Below, piece after piece: positions 1-10,729 of a stretch of 64,000 nucleotides of DNA. The translations under genes and the position numbers were made by a program. The DNA is from Nostoc sp. (GTDB lineage: Bacteria > Cyanobacteriota > Cyanobacteriia > Cyanobacteriales > Nostocaceae): assembly GCA_036918135.1 (NCBI GenBank), contig JBALDB010000007.1, positions 160,001-224,000 of the forward strand, read 5' to 3'. Position 1 is the first letter of the stretch; every line of letters starts with the position of its first letter. A model generated the notes under the pieces. That model saw only the letters and a program-made list of their open reading frames with translations. It ran no database searches and was not told the origin of the DNA.

Positions 1-351
1 AGTGACCTCCAGCGAGTCAATAGTGGTTCTAACTCGGTAGAATTGCTGACGCTGACTGCTTGTCAAACTGCTGTAGGAGATGACCGTGCTACTCTTGGTT
101 TAGCTGGTGTCGCTTTACAAGTTGGGGTAAAAAGTGCCTTGGCAACTCTATGGTCTGTCAATGATGAATCTACGTTTGACTTAATATCTGCATTTTATAC
201 TAACCTCCGCAACTTGGGTGTCAGTAAAGCAGAAGCCTTGCGTCAGGCTCAAATTAAACTGATTAACGCTAAGAAAATACAAGAAATTAATGACCAATAT
301 GATAACCCTGCTTATTGGGCACCGTTTATCCTCATTGGTAACTGGCTTTAA
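1..351 (+). CDS. CHAT domain protein, C-terminal part (5' end outside window)
   Basis: Frame open from base 1; CHAT motifs ELLTLTACQTA, LGLAGVA, ATLWSVND, KAEALRQAQ, PAYWAPFILIGNWL. Confidence 0.93.
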   Translation, partial: SDLQRVNSGSNSVELLTLTACQTAVGDDRATLGLAGVALQVGVKSALATLWSVNDESTFDLISAFYTNLRNLGVSKAEALRQAQIKLINAKKIQEINDQYDNPAYWAPFILIGNWL

Positions 352-667
352 CAGCTTTTTGCGTAATTATTCACTCCCTTTTGCAAAATTACTGAAATCC
401 TTGATTTCTCATTGAGTAGTAGGGGAGAGTGTGGACAGTTACTTTTTTGCAGTTAGGGATTACTAAAAAATAAATTATCAAATCTTATTTTGTAGGGTGC
501 GTTAACGAAGTAACGCACCATTTTTCTAATCTGTCAAGATCATTCAGACGTATAACACACCCTATAGGTTGGATATTTTTCGCCTACGTTAGTATAAACT
601 TCAGTCCCTTAGGAATGAGTAGATTGTCGAGATTTTCTCTTGGTTCTGCTCTACTCACGACTGGGTT

Positions 668-1411
668 TTACTTTGCTCGGTTTGCGATCGCCTTTAAATT
701 CTTAATTCTTTGCTGAAGTTCTGGTTCCTTAAATTGTCCTTGTTCCTCCGACTGCGTTAGGGATTCCACCAAAGTTGAACCAACTTGTCCGAGTTCGCCT
801 TTTGGAGCCAAATTGAGAGCTTCCTGTAGTGCTTCATACCATAAACCTTGCTTGGCGTAAATATCTGCTTTTTGAGAACTGTTTGTTATTTTTGATAGGT
901 TAGTTTTAATATCTGATGACATCTCGACAACCATAAATTCTGCCCTTCTAACTAAAGTCCCATTTGGTGGACAAGAAATGGAGACTTGCCAAAGATATTT
1001 TTTTTGCATGGCTAATCCTGGTTGGTTTTCTGGAAGAGAATACTTGTTAATTCCTGAGAAAGCTTGTAAACTAATTGGAGCGCCTAGTTGTTTGGGTTCA
1101 CCATTCGGCTCAAACTCAAAAAGTCTAAACTCTGTGTTATGAGGGCTGTATAAAAACCAAACAAAGGTAGGATGCCCAGAAGCAGTATGCCCGACGTAAG
1201 TTGTAGGGGAAAGAATTGTTAAGGATATTTGTTCTTCTGGGCATCCTCTGGCACCTGCGGACTTAGTATAATCACTAGCAGGTTTCTGAGTTTGAGGAGG
1301 TATATACTTAGCTATGGCTGGAGAGCCAAACGCTAATAAGCTTAGCAGCAAACTTATATTTAGTTTGCGATTGATACGTTTGATAAGCAACCACAAGATT
1401 TGAGTATTCAT
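668..1411 (-). CDS. DUF928 domain protein
   Basis: Signal-peptide-like N-terminus, GARGC, GHTASGHPTFVWF, KKYLWQVSISC, YAKQGLWYEAL. ATG at 1411 follows AGGGGAG; the ORF-track extension to 1600 runs into a repeat. Confidence 0.85.
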   Translation of the reverse strand: MNTQILWLLIKRINRKLNISLLLSLLAFGSPAIAKYIPPQTQKPASDYTKSAGARGCPEEQISLTILSPTTYVGHTASGHPTFVWFLYSPHNTEFRLFEFEPNGEPKQLGAPISLQAFSGINKYSLPENQPGLAMQKKYLWQVSISCPPNGTLVRRAEFMVVEMSSDIKTNLSKITNSSQKADIYAKQGLWYEALQEALNLAPKGELGQVGSTLVESLTQSEEQGQFKEPELQQRIKNLKAIANRAK

Positions 1412-1550
1412 GTCTCCCCTACGTGTATTGTTCTCGGTTAAATCGACTTTGAATAAACTACAAACTAATAAATAAAGATTTAGTAAAAATCTAGATGGAA
1501 TTTTCAAAAAGACTTGATAAAAGAATTTTGACAGGATAAAAGAGTTACGT

Positions 1551-1674
1551 AGACCTCTTGTATAAATGCGTAAATTGTCATTTTGAGCGGAATGAAACAT
1601 TTAGTGAGATTCTTCTCTGCACTGCGTTTTGCTCAAAATGACATTCCTGACTTTTTGACTTTTATAAAAAGTCT
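1551..1674. repeat. MITE/REP-like palindromic element
   Basis: Perfect 13-bp inverted repeat TGTCATTTTGAGC (1576) / GCTCAAAATGACA (1631-1643) inside degenerate outer ends AGACCTCTTGTATAAA...TTTATAAAAAGTCT. Confidence 0.6.
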
Positions 1675-1793
1675 TATATTTAAGACTATCTAAGTTTTAA
1701 GTATTTAGTGAAATAGTGACAGTTTAATTTCCAATTTTTGGCAAAAAGCACTAATAAAGCCTGGTAATAATTTTTACCGTAAAATGTGATGTT

Positions 1794-4700
1794 ATGATAA
1801 GTAGCTTGTGCAATTGGCTCTGGAAGCCAAGTTTGATTGGTATGTTCGGTATATCGGTGTTGCAGATATTCGGATTAACAATATTTGAACAAGCCAGTGC
1901 TCAAATCACACCAGATACGACATTGGGAGCGGAAAGTTCTGTCGTAACACCTAATTTGGTGATTCGTGGTTTGACGAGCGATCGCATTGATGGAGGAGCA
2001 ATTCGTGGGGCTAACCTGTTCCATAGCTTCTTGGAATTTAACGTGGGGGAAGGAAAAGGAGTTTATTTTACCAACCCTCAAGGAGTAGAGAACATTCTTA
2101 GCCGGGTGACAGGGGCTAACAGCTCTGAGATTTTAGGGAAGCTAGGTGTATTAGGTAATGCCAACTTATTTTTGATAAATCCGTCGGGGATTGTCTTTGG
2201 AGAAAATGCCAGTTTGGATGTTGAAGGTTCGTTTGTCGCTACGACTGCTTCTGCAATCTCTTTAGGCGATCGGGGTTATTTTAGTGCTACCCAACCACAA
2301 CAAAGTAATTTACTTTCTGTCAGTCCTGGAGCGCTGTTTTTTAATCAAGTCCTCTCACAACCAGGAAACATCATCAATCCGATTGAGCTACTTGGAGCGA
2401 ATTTACAGGTAAATTCTGGTCAGACTTTGGCATTAATTGGCGGCAATGTAAGTATGCAGGGTGGACAGTTGTTCGCTAGCGGTGGTCGAGTTGAATTAGG
2501 AGGATTAGCTGCACCAGGAATAGTAGAGATGAAAATTGATAGTCTTGGGAAGATCCAAAACTTTAGTTTTCCTCTAGAAGTGCAGCGAGCTGATGTGACA
2601 CTTACCAATGGAGCACAAGTGGTAGTGACAGCAGCAGGAGGGGGAGGTATTGGTATCAATACTCAAAACCTAAATATTTTCGGTAGAAGCACTCTAAATG
2701 CAGGCATCACGAACAATGCAGGAACAGTAGACACAGTTGCAGGCGATATTGATGTTGATGCGACTGGGGCAGTTACCCTTAAAGAGTCGAGTGTGATTCA
2801 AAATATCATCAATTCCGGAGCGACTGGTAATGCAGGCAAAATTAATGTAGTCGCTGACTCACTTAACTTACTAACAGGTTCCCAATTGTTTAGCACTACT
2901 CTTGGAAAAGGCAGTGGGGGCGACGTTAATATTCGTGTTGGAAACACAGTTAGCTTTGATTCGGCAGGTAACAATTCCAGCGCGAGCGGGATTATCAGTT
3001 CAATAGCCCAGACAGCAGAAGGCAATGCAGGCAACATTAATATCACCACAGGATCGTTAGTGGTAAGCAATGGCGCTCAATTAAATACAATCACCTTTGG
3101 TAAAGGGAATGCTGGTACGGTGAATATTAACGCTGCCAATACGGTTACCTTTGATGGAGCGAATGGTGGTGCTAGTGGCATACTTAGTGCCGTAGGAACA
3201 ACGGGAAAAGGCAAGGGAGGTGATATTGATATCACAGCTGCGTCAGTAGCAGTCACCAATGGCGCACAACTAAATGCCCTCACTAGAAACGAGGGAGATG
3301 CAGGGAACGTCAAAATTACTGCCCAAGATACGGTTCTCATTGATGGAGAAAATCCAAATTCCAAGAACGATCCTTACGCAGGTGCAAGTTCTATATTCAC
3401 CTCAGTGGGAATTGATGATTATGGCAAGCAAGCAATAGGCAATGGGGGTAACATCGACATTACAACTGGGTCACTGTCGATGACTAATGGTGGGCAACTC
3501 AATGCCATTACTAGAGGGATGGGAAATGCAGGCAACATCAATATCAATGCTCGCGACAGCATTACTATTGATGGAGAAAGAAGGATCAGCTCAACTAGAG
3601 CTGCCAGTTCAATATTCACCTCCGTGGATGGTAATGAATATAGTGGTTACCCTAACTTAGGAACAGCAAAAGGGAACGGGGGCGCGATCGCGATTACCAC
3701 TGGGTCACTTTCAATTACCGGAGGTGCGGCCCTAAATACATTGACCAAAGGGCAGGGGAATGCAGGTAATCTGACCATCAATGCTCGCAATCCGATTACC
3801 CTAGATGGAGAGAATAGCAACGGAGGTGCTAGTGGGATATATAGCTCGGTCGATGCAAATTTGTATACCGAGCAGCCACGAGCAGTAGGCAATGGGGGCG
3901 ATGTAAAAATCACAACTGGGTCGCTTTCGATCGCCAGGGGTGCTGGAGTGTTTGCCACCACTGCTGGACAGGGAAATGCGGGTAACGTAGATATCAATGC
4001 CTACGATACAGTTGCTATTGATGGAGAAAATAGCAAAGGAGGCTCTAGTGGGATATTCACTTCAGTCGATGCAAATTTGGATAATAAAAAGCCACAAGCA
4101 ATAGGCAATGGCGGTAATATCACAATTGAGACTGGGAAACTTTCACTGAGCAATGGTGGTGGAGTGTTTGCCACCACTGCTGGACAGGGAAATGCAGGGA
4201 ACGTAGATGTCAATGCCGACGATACAGTTGCCATTGATGGAGAAAATAGCAAAGGAGGCTCTAGTGGAATATTCACTTCGGTAGATGCAAATTTGGATAG
4301 CGATCGCCAAGCAGCAATAGGCAATGGTGGCAACATCAGCATTAGTACTGATTTACTGTCTGCGACCAATGGCGGTGGATTGTTTGCTAGCACTGGTGGG
4401 CAAGGGGATGCAGGTAACGTAAATATCAATGCCCGTCAAGTCTTATTCGATGGGTTGTCAAGTAATGGCGACTCTACTGGCATATTTAGCGATGTGAAAG
4501 CAACTGCTGTGGGCAACGGTAGAAATATTAATATTAGAGCCAGTAAATTGACTGTTAGTAATGGTGCGAGGCTTTCTGCAAGTAGTGAGGGAGATGGACT
4601 AGCAGGTGACATTGAGATTGATGCTGACGTTATCGATATCTTAGGAAGCGTTCCCACTAGTGGTTTATTTGTAAGTACTTCTGGTCAAGGAAAAGGAGGT

Positions 4701-5498
4701 AATATTACAATCAATAGTAACTCGCTGACGCTAAACAATAGTGAAATGAGTGCCCGTTCCCAAGGGACGGAAGATGCCGGTCGCATAAATATTAAAGTTG
4801 ATAAGCGTATAAGCATGACTGGCAGTAATATCACTACTGCTGCTGAACAATCTGCTGGTGGTGCTATTGCCATTACAGCAAGGGACATCGACTTGTTTAG
4901 TGATAGCGACATCACAACCAATGTTTTCAGTGGTGCAGGTGGTGGTGGTGACATTACTCTGACTGCCAACTCTATTATCGCTTTTAATGACAGCGATATC
5001 CTTGCATTTGCTCAAGATGGTAAAGGTGGTAATATCAGCCTCAACACTCCTGCGTTCTTTGGTCAAAATTACAAACCTGCTGCTTCTGGTACTGACCCCA
5101 ACACCTTAAATAGGAACAACAAAGTTGATGTTAATGCCAGTGGTGCAGCGTTTGGTGTGATTACCTTACCTGATACTAGCTTTATCCAAAATAGTCTCAA
5201 TGAGTTACCGCAAAACCCAATCGATACCAGCAACTTAATTGCCAATAGTTGCATTGCGCGCAGTTCTCGTCAGCAACAAGGAACTTTCGCGATCGCAGGT
5301 TCTGGTGGCTTACCTTCTCGTCCAGGAGATACTTTTATGTCACAATATACTTTTGGTACTGTGCGTACAAATAACGCCTCCCCATCCACCAGCCCTACTC
5401 GTCGTTCTTGGCAAAAAGGCGAGCCGATTGTAGAACCACAGGGTGTGTATCGTCTGCCTTCTGGTCAGCTTGTTTTGAGTCGAGAATGTTCTGATTAG
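1794..5498 (+). CDS. Filamentous haemagglutinin-family (TPS/haemagglutination domain) exoprotein
   Basis: AQITPDTTLG, NLFHSF, NILSRVTG, NLFLINPSGI; many GNAGNINI beta-helix repeats; typical cyanobacterial C-terminus GGLPSRPG...EPQGVYRLPSGQLVLSREC. Confidence 0.93.
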   Translation: MISSLCNWLWKPSLIGMFGISVLQIFGLTIFEQASAQITPDTTLGAESSVVTPNLVIRGLTSDRIDGGAIRGANLFHSFLEFNVGEGKGVYFTNPQGVENILSRVTGANSSEILGKLGVLGNANLFLINPSGIVFGENASLDVEGSFVATTASAISLGDRGYFSATQPQQSNLLSVSPGALFFNQVLSQPGNIINPIELLGANLQVNSGQTLALIGGNVSMQGGQLFASGGRVELGGLAAPGIVEMKIDSLGKIQNFSFPLEVQRADVTLTNGAQVVVTAAGGGGIGINTQNLNIFGRSTLNAGITNNAGTVDTVAGDIDVDATGAVTLKESSVIQNIINSGATGNAGKINVVADSLNLLTGSQLFSTTLGKGSGGDVNIRVGNTVSFDSAGNNSSASGIISSIAQTAEGNAGNINITTGSLVVSNGAQLNTITFGKGNAGTVNINAANTVTFDGANGGASGILSAVGTTGKGKGGDIDITAASVAVTNGAQLNALTRNEGDAGNVKITAQDTVLIDGENPNSKNDPYAGASSIFTSVGIDDYGKQAIGNGGNIDITTGSLSMTNGGQLNAITRGMGNAGNININARDSITIDGERRISSTRAASSIFTSVDGNEYSGYPNLGTAKGNGGAIAITTGSLSITGGAALNTLTKGQGNAGNLTINARNPITLDGENSNGGASGIYSSVDANLYTEQPRAVGNGGDVKITTGSLSIARGAGVFATTAGQGNAGNVDINAYDTVAIDGENSKGGSSGIFTSVDANLDNKKPQAIGNGGNITIETGKLSLSNGGGVFATTAGQGNAGNVDVNADDTVAIDGENSKGGSSGIFTSVDANLDSDRQAAIGNGGNISISTDLLSATNGGGLFASTGGQGDAGNVNINARQVLFDGLSSNGDSTGIFSDVKATAVGNGRNINIRASKLTVSNGARLSASSEGDGLAGDIEIDADVIDILGSVPTSGLFVSTSGQGKGGNITINSNSLTLNNSEMSARSQGTEDAGRINIKVDKRISMTGSNITTAAEQSAGGAIAITARDIDLFSDSDITTNVFSGAGGGGDITLTANSIIAFNDSDILAFAQDGKGGNISLNTPAFFGQNYKPAASGTDPNTLNRNNKVDVNASGAAFGVITLPDTSFIQNSLNELPQNPIDTSNLIANSCIARSSRQQQGTFAIAGSGGLPSRPGDTFMSQYTFGTVRTNNASPSTSPTRRSWQKGEPIVEPQGVYRLPSGQLVLSRECSD

Positions 5499-7419
5499 GT
5501 AGTTTAAAAAAAGATTTAAAGGGATTTCTCAGGCAACCTTTACTACTTCTTAAACACCAAGTTAATTTACATAAAGTACCTCGGGTAGAAACAGATTCTC
5601 GCTTAAAGCTACCTTTTAATTTTTTGGCAAGATTTCTAGCCTGCTTTGTTCCTTTATTTTCTAAATTTGAATAGATCCCGCATCCATTGTCTTTAATGCT
5701 AAGAGCATATCTGCCTTGATTTTCTTTGCCAATGGCTTCAATGCGTTTGGCTCCTAACGCGTGTTTGCCAACATTGCATAAAGCTTCTTCCAAAAATTGG
5801 CAGAGTTCTTGCTTGTGTTCGGTACTCAAGTATTCTTCCTCAATCGGGTCAAATGAGCGGGTTTTCTCCTTGAGATATTGAAAATGAGGAAGGTCTCGTT
5901 TTAGTGTACTGGTATAAACTTCATAGAATAGTTCGTGAATTGGAAGTTTTAAATCTAGTTTTAAGTCACTCCCTAGAAGAAGGCTGTTTTCCTGATTTAG
6001 GGCTTCTAACTTTAGGTGTTCGCCTATTGCCCGAATTTCTTGGTCAATCTCTTTAAGTTGCCAGTGTAATTTCTCCTGGGGAAAATCCTTCTCTTGAACA
6101 CATCTTAAGGCATTTGCTAGTGTTTGCAAGGGTCCATTATGAATATAATTAAATGCGTGGTCGATGGTGCGTTGGCGTTCATCAATTTGAGACTGCAATG
6201 CCCGATCGCGTTCATAAAAAGCAAAAGCACTCAAACCTACACTGTTAATACTTAAAATTAATAAACTTGGTGCCACGGGAGTCCACCAACCCCATACCAG
6301 AAGCAGATAACTCCCTCCAGCTAAGGAAAGACTAGTCACACCAACAGCAAACAAATTTTTCAGGACGGATTGAGTTAGCCGCCCGATGATAATGGGGATC
6401 AAACCCCAAACAACTATCCATAGATATTCCCACTCATCTGACCAAACTTTTAACAATGGTCGTCCATCCAAAACTGCGCTAATAATTTGGGAACAAGCAT
6501 GAGCGTGAAATTTAACTCCAAAAATCTGACCATTAGGTTTCAAACCAGCAACTGCTTGTGTATTAATAAAGTCAGGAATACTAGGGGCAGTTATACCTAT
6601 CAAAACAATGCGATCGTGTAACCAGTTCGGTTTAAATTTATTCTTTTTAATATCATTAAGAGATATAACTCGAAATGGTTCTTTTCCACTCCTCCAATTA
6701 AGTAGTGTCTGAACCCCACCTGCATCTATTCCTACATATCCCCCACTATTTGAGGATATGCGGGGGATTTCAACTGAGTCAAACCGCATAGTCTCAGGGT
6801 CACGAATCCCGTTTTCCAAAGTAATATTTTCACGAGATAAATAAATTTCTCCTAGACGCAAAGGTAGAGAAAACTTATAGTCTTCACCATTCAATCGTGT
6901 ACCAAGAAGAATACGCCTGGAATTGCCATCATTATCTGATATAACATCTGAGAAACCAACTTCCTTATTAGGCAAATTTGGTGGTGGAGCATATTGAGGA
7001 GGTAAGACTTTTTCAATAGTAATTAAATTTTTACTTTGTTTAAATACATTAACCAGTTCTTTATGACCTGGTTCAATAGATATATTTTTAACAATATCTA
7101 AACCAATAACTCTAGGTTGATAATTCTGTACTTTTCTAATAAGTGTCGCAATTTCTTTATCTGGTATAGGATAAATTTTTGTATTCGCGATATCTTCTTC
7201 ATTAATGCCAATAATAGTAATTCTATCATCCATAGTTTCAGCAGGACGGAGACGGAGAAAGGTATCAAAAACCATCCACTCTAGAGGCTGAAGTAACCCA
7301 TATAAACGAGCGACGATCACAATTGCTAAGATCCCAAATCCTGGTAATGCTCCTATACGCCAAATAGCAATTTCTTTTTTAATTTTTCTCCAAATAACCG
7401 TACTAAAACCTTCAGCCAT
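5395..7419 (-). CDS. CHASE2-domain sensor histidine kinase (HisKA_3/HATPase type)
   Basis: CHASE2 motifs PRVIGLDI, VGFSD, DRIVLIG, GVKFHAH; TM helices; IHNGPLQ phospho-His; EEALCNVGKHA, IKDNGCG, GTKQA. Confidence 0.9.
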   Translation of the reverse strand: MAEGFSTVIWRKIKKEIAIWRIGALPGFGILAIVIVARLYGLLQPLEWMVFDTFLRLRPAETMDDRITIIGINEEDIANTKIYPIPDKEIATLIRKVQNYQPRVIGLDIVKNISIEPGHKELVNVFKQSKNLITIEKVLPPQYAPPPNLPNKEVGFSDVISDNDGNSRRILLGTRLNGEDYKFSLPLRLGEIYLSRENITLENGIRDPETMRFDSVEIPRISSNSGGYVGIDAGGVQTLLNWRSGKEPFRVISLNDIKKNKFKPNWLHDRIVLIGITAPSIPDFINTQAVAGLKPNGQIFGVKFHAHACSQIISAVLDGRPLLKVWSDEWEYLWIVVWGLIPIIIGRLTQSVLKNLFAVGVTSLSLAGGSYLLLVWGWWTPVAPSLLILSINSVGLSAFAFYERDRALQSQIDERQRTIDHAFNYIHNGPLQTLANALRCVQEKDFPQEKLHWQLKEIDQEIRAIGEHLKLEALNQENSLLLGSDLKLDLKLPIHELFYEVYTSTLKRDLPHFQYLKEKTRSFDPIEEEYLSTEHKQELCQFLEEALCNVGKHALGAKRIEAIGKENQGRYALSIKDNGCGIYSNLENKGTKQARNLAKKLKGSFKRESVSTRGTLCKLTWCLRSSKGCLRNPFKSFFKLPNQNILDSKQADQKADDTHPVVLQSARLFAKNDE

Positions 7420-7443
7420 CAATCATGAACTCCTAACTCCTAA

Positions 7444-8127
7444 TTAGTCAATTAGTCCTTCTTCTCTAGCACGGATTGTCGTTTGAATTCGCATATTCTT
7501 GCCTTCTTGTCTGCAATCTTCAGGATAAACACCCAGTACATCTTGGATTTTAGTCCAGTATGAACGGACAGTTCGTTCATGTATATGAATTCGTTCAGCA
7601 ATAGTTTTATCTTGTAATCCTTCTTCAAACGCTAGCTTCAAAACTTCTAGCCACTCTGGCTTAAATTCCAATGCTGTTTTGATATCTTTTGTATGGGTTA
7701 TACCTTGTAGCGCCAAGTTAACCCTATTTAAGATTTCCTGTTCAGAAAGGCCTTTATTAGCAATGACAAAGCCCCCTTGATGGTTATCAATTTCATGTTT
7801 AATACGCACTAATGCCTTAATATAACTGCTTTGGACTACAAGATTGAGTGTAGGATACTTCTTCATTAAGGTTTTTAGTAGTTGAATACCTGTATCAATT
7901 TGAGCCATCATTCCAGACTTCTCTGGAATGGACAGATCTATAACTACTAGGTCAAGCTGACAGTTTGCTACTATATCAAAGGCTTCTTGTGCGGCTTGAG
8001 CTTTGAAAAATTCCGCATCTGGATACTCCTGTCGTAGTAATTCAAGACTTCCACTCAGGATTAATTGGTGGTCGTCCACTACGAGAATCTTTTGCTTCCC
8101 TTGCTTTAGTAAATCTTGACTGCTCAT
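7444..8127 (-). CDS. NarL/LuxR-type response regulator
   Basis: ILVVDDH, VVIDLSIP receiver; C-terminal HTH GLQDKTIAERIHIHERTVRSYW; directly upstream of the kinase. Confidence 0.92.
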   Translation of the reverse strand: MSSQDLLKQGKQKILVVDDHQLILSGSLELLRQEYPDAEFFKAQAAQEAFDIVANCQLDLVVIDLSIPEKSGMMAQIDTGIQLLKTLMKKYPTLNLVVQSSYIKALVRIKHEIDNHQGGFVIANKGLSEQEILNRVNLALQGITHTKDIKTALEFKPEWLEVLKLAFEEGLQDKTIAERIHIHERTVRSYWTKIQDVLGVYPEDCRQEGKNMRIQTTIRAREEGLID

Positions 8128-8515
8128 GACTTCCTTAAGCTTAATTTATACTATAGTCTTTTATTGAAGTTTCAATTTTTGGCTTTCGGATGCCAAAATT
8201 TAAAGAGTATTCGCTAAAGTTATAGTAACTTTTGATACATACTTATTATTACTAGTTTACTTTTTAATACATTTACTTATTGTATGAAAGACAAATTTAG
8301 TAGTACATACAGAAAAGTGTATTTTTTGCAGCCGAGTTTGATATTCAATAGATCATAAAAGTTAGTAGATAGCTTAAGTGATGTTTTTTATCTTGTTAAT
8401 AACAATACCTTCGCCAAAAACAGAGGTAGTCTAGCTTTTCCCTAAATAGCCCAAGACAAGCCCATGCCTGACTATTATGCAAAAGCTTCAAACCCCAGTC
8501 CAGACACACAGGATA

Positions 8516-9120
8516 CTATAAATGTACACTGTCGTAATTGAAACCTAAGCTCAATTCTAATTCGACACGAGAACGAGTGTCTGCGGCATCAAACAAAGCT
8601 AAGTCAGTGTTAGAAAATCTACAACTATTCTTTTACACTTTTGACTACTCAAGGCGTTTTATCTGCATGGATATTTGGCTAGTCTGTTTTATTCACTCTT
8701 TGAGGGAGTTAATACTTTTATCTACTATACTATCTATTCTTTCATTTGTGGTTACTAAAGTCCCAAACCCAATTTCTATTTCACTCAGTTTCCACAACTG
8801 TTATTGTTGTTTTCATCGGGCAAATGTCCATGATTTTTTATCCATCCTAAAAAAGCTTGCACTCTGATTCCTATATCTTGGACTGGGACTATATCTGGCG
8901 ACCGATCTGTTATTCGTACTTTCCCACACTGGGAGCGAATGCATATGTATCGATAATATATCTATTTGACCAAACTTCTTTCTAGTTTTATCTGGATGTT
9001 CTGGTTGTTCTCATGGCTTCCGTTTTGGAGTCTCGCCCTCCAGATGATTATCTTCTTGTTTCTTTTCTGATTTTTGAGAATATCTCCAGATGGTGGTTTG
9101 GATAATGTAAAGCTATTTAA
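8516..9120 (-). pseudogene. Degenerate IS66-family transposase fragment
   Basis: Minus-strand translation across frameshifts and stops gives SKPPSGDILK / KSEKKQEDNHLEGETPKRKP*EQPEHPDKTRKKFG / SQCGK...PDIVPVQDIGIRVQAFLGWIKNHGHLP / FSNTDLALFDAADTRSRVELE, resembling cyanobacterial IS66 transposases. Confidence 0.78.
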
Positions 9121-9172
9121 ATCTCTACGTTATTAATACACAATCAACTGCAATTTCTAGTGAGTCAGAAAT

Positions 9173-10729
9173 ATGAAAAAACGTCAAAGTATAGTCCAAA
9201 AATTTTCCACATTTATTAGTTTTCAAAGTGTAAAAAAAAGTTTTAAATCCAAATGGATAACAGAGCCAAAATTGGAACGTAATATCAAACAACAAGTACA
9301 AAAATATCCAGAAAAGACAGCAGAATTATGGGCACTTGAATTTTTAAAAGTTTTGCAAAGTCAATATCAAGAAGAAGAAAAAATTGAAGCCACCCGAAAA
9401 CAGAAAAACAACAGACAATTGGTTGATACATTATCCTCTATACATTCCCCAGTCATTACTCAATATTCCTCTACCAGTCAGCATTTAAAAGCAGAAAAGT
9501 ATCTGTCAGCTTACTTACAAGAAGCATGTTATCAGGCTGCACAAAATATACAAAAGCAATTTAAATCAATTCAGTATAAATATTCGTTTGAAGATTTATT
9601 TCAAATCGGTAATTTATTTGTTAATCAACCAGCAAAACTCTTCCGTAGTTTTAAATTAGAATATCAACATAGTAGCTTAGAAAACTATGCTAAAACCGCA
9701 ATTTTTCGCTTCATTGGCAATACAATTTATACTCAAGATATAGAGGCGAAGCGAGAAAAGTTTTCTGATTATGGATTGTTGAGGGATTTAAATAACAAAG
9801 AATTAAAAGAAGCTTTAGCATCAAAAGGAATAAATACTAACCAAATTGATTCATCTTGCTTAGCTAGACAATGTTTTAATGCAGTTTGTCAACCTCAAAA
9901 AACACAAAGTAGCCGTAGTTTAGAATCTCCTAGTCAGGAAGATTTAACTCAAATTGCCTGCTGCTACAATCAGCGACACAATCAATTAAACTTGCCAACG
10001 GTACTAGTAGCTGACTCAAAGAAAATTCAAGAAATGCTATTAACCTGCATTCAGGCTGCGCGTGACTATCGTACTAAACGTATTCTAACTCTAGAAAATG
10101 ATGACGTTATTTCTGACCCCATGCCTACTCCTTGGGATACTGTGACTCAAATAGAAGAAAGAGAGCAAATAGAATTCTTAGTCTCCAAAATATTTATAAC
10201 TATACCAGAAAGTGGTCAAACAATGCTAAAACTTTGGTTAGGATTAAACTTAACCCAAGCAGAGATAGCAACAGTATTAAAGCAGAAATATCCAAAATTA
10301 CAAAAACAGTATCAAGTGGCTCGTGAGTTGGGAAAATATAGTAGAAATTTATTAAAAGAATTTCTTCAGGAGTATCATCAACTAAATCCGGAAATATTTT
10401 TGCATAATGACAAAGATATAAAACTAATTCAAGAATCATTATATGAATGTTTACAGTCATACTGTCAACGTTTGCTATACACAGAGCTAAAACAATTTAG
10501 CCACCAATATTATAGTGAAAACAATTTTTTGATATTCACCAATTTAATACACAATAAACAACTAAAATCCGAACAAAAAAGTCAGTTTATAGAAAGAAAA
10601 CAAGATTTTTTACAAGCTTTTGAAAAGCAACTTGAAAAAAAACTGAACTTATCTCCTGAGTCTTTAAAATTTGTCAACAGGAAAATAGCGAGTATTGTGG
10701 GCAAATGGTTACAATCCTCAGTTAACTAG
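9173..10729 (+). CDS. Sigma-70-like (region-4 HTH) regulatory protein of the cyanobacterial CHAT/CHASE2/DUF1822-associated type
   Basis: LSAYLQEACYQAA, SLENYAK, SDYGLLR, and HTH-like LWLGLNLTQAEIATVL...QYQVAREL. Confidence 0.7.
   Translation: MKKRQSIVQKFSTFISFQSVKKSFKSKWITEPKLERNIKQQVQKYPEKTAELWALEFLKVLQSQYQEEEKIEATRKQKNNRQLVDTLSSIHSPVITQYSSTSQHLKAEKYLSAYLQEACYQAAQNIQKQFKSIQYKYSFEDLFQIGNLFVNQPAKLFRSFKLEYQHSSLENYAKTAIFRFIGNTIYTQDIEAKREKFSDYGLLRDLNNKELKEALASKGINTNQIDSSCLARQCFNAVCQPQKTQSSRSLESPSQEDLTQIACCYNQRHNQLNLPTVLVADSKKIQEMLLTCIQAARDYRTKRILTLENDDVISDPMPTPWDTVTQIEEREQIEFLVSKIFITIPESGQTMLKLWLGLNLTQAEIATVLKQKYPKLQKQYQVARELGKYSRNLLKEFLQEYHQLNPEIFLHNDKDIKLIQESLYECLQSYCQRLLYTELKQFSHQYYSENNFLIFTNLIHNKQLKSEQKSQFIERKQDFLQAFEKQLEKKLNLSPESLKFVNRKIASIVGKWLQSSVN

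Noticed and set aside
2420..5254. Series of minus-strand ORFs inside the FHA gene (similar ones lie inside the RTX genes)
   Set aside because: Antisense shadows caused by repetitive Gly/Asn/Thr codon usage.
5395..5498. 104-bp convergent overlap of CHASE2 kinase and FHA genes as a functional feature
   Set aside because: One extra T in the T7 run near 5505-5512 would create a TAA before the overlap; more likely a stop-loss or homopolymer error.
8538..8867. 109-aa plus-strand ORF
   Set aside because: Antisense shadow of the decayed IS66 transposase.
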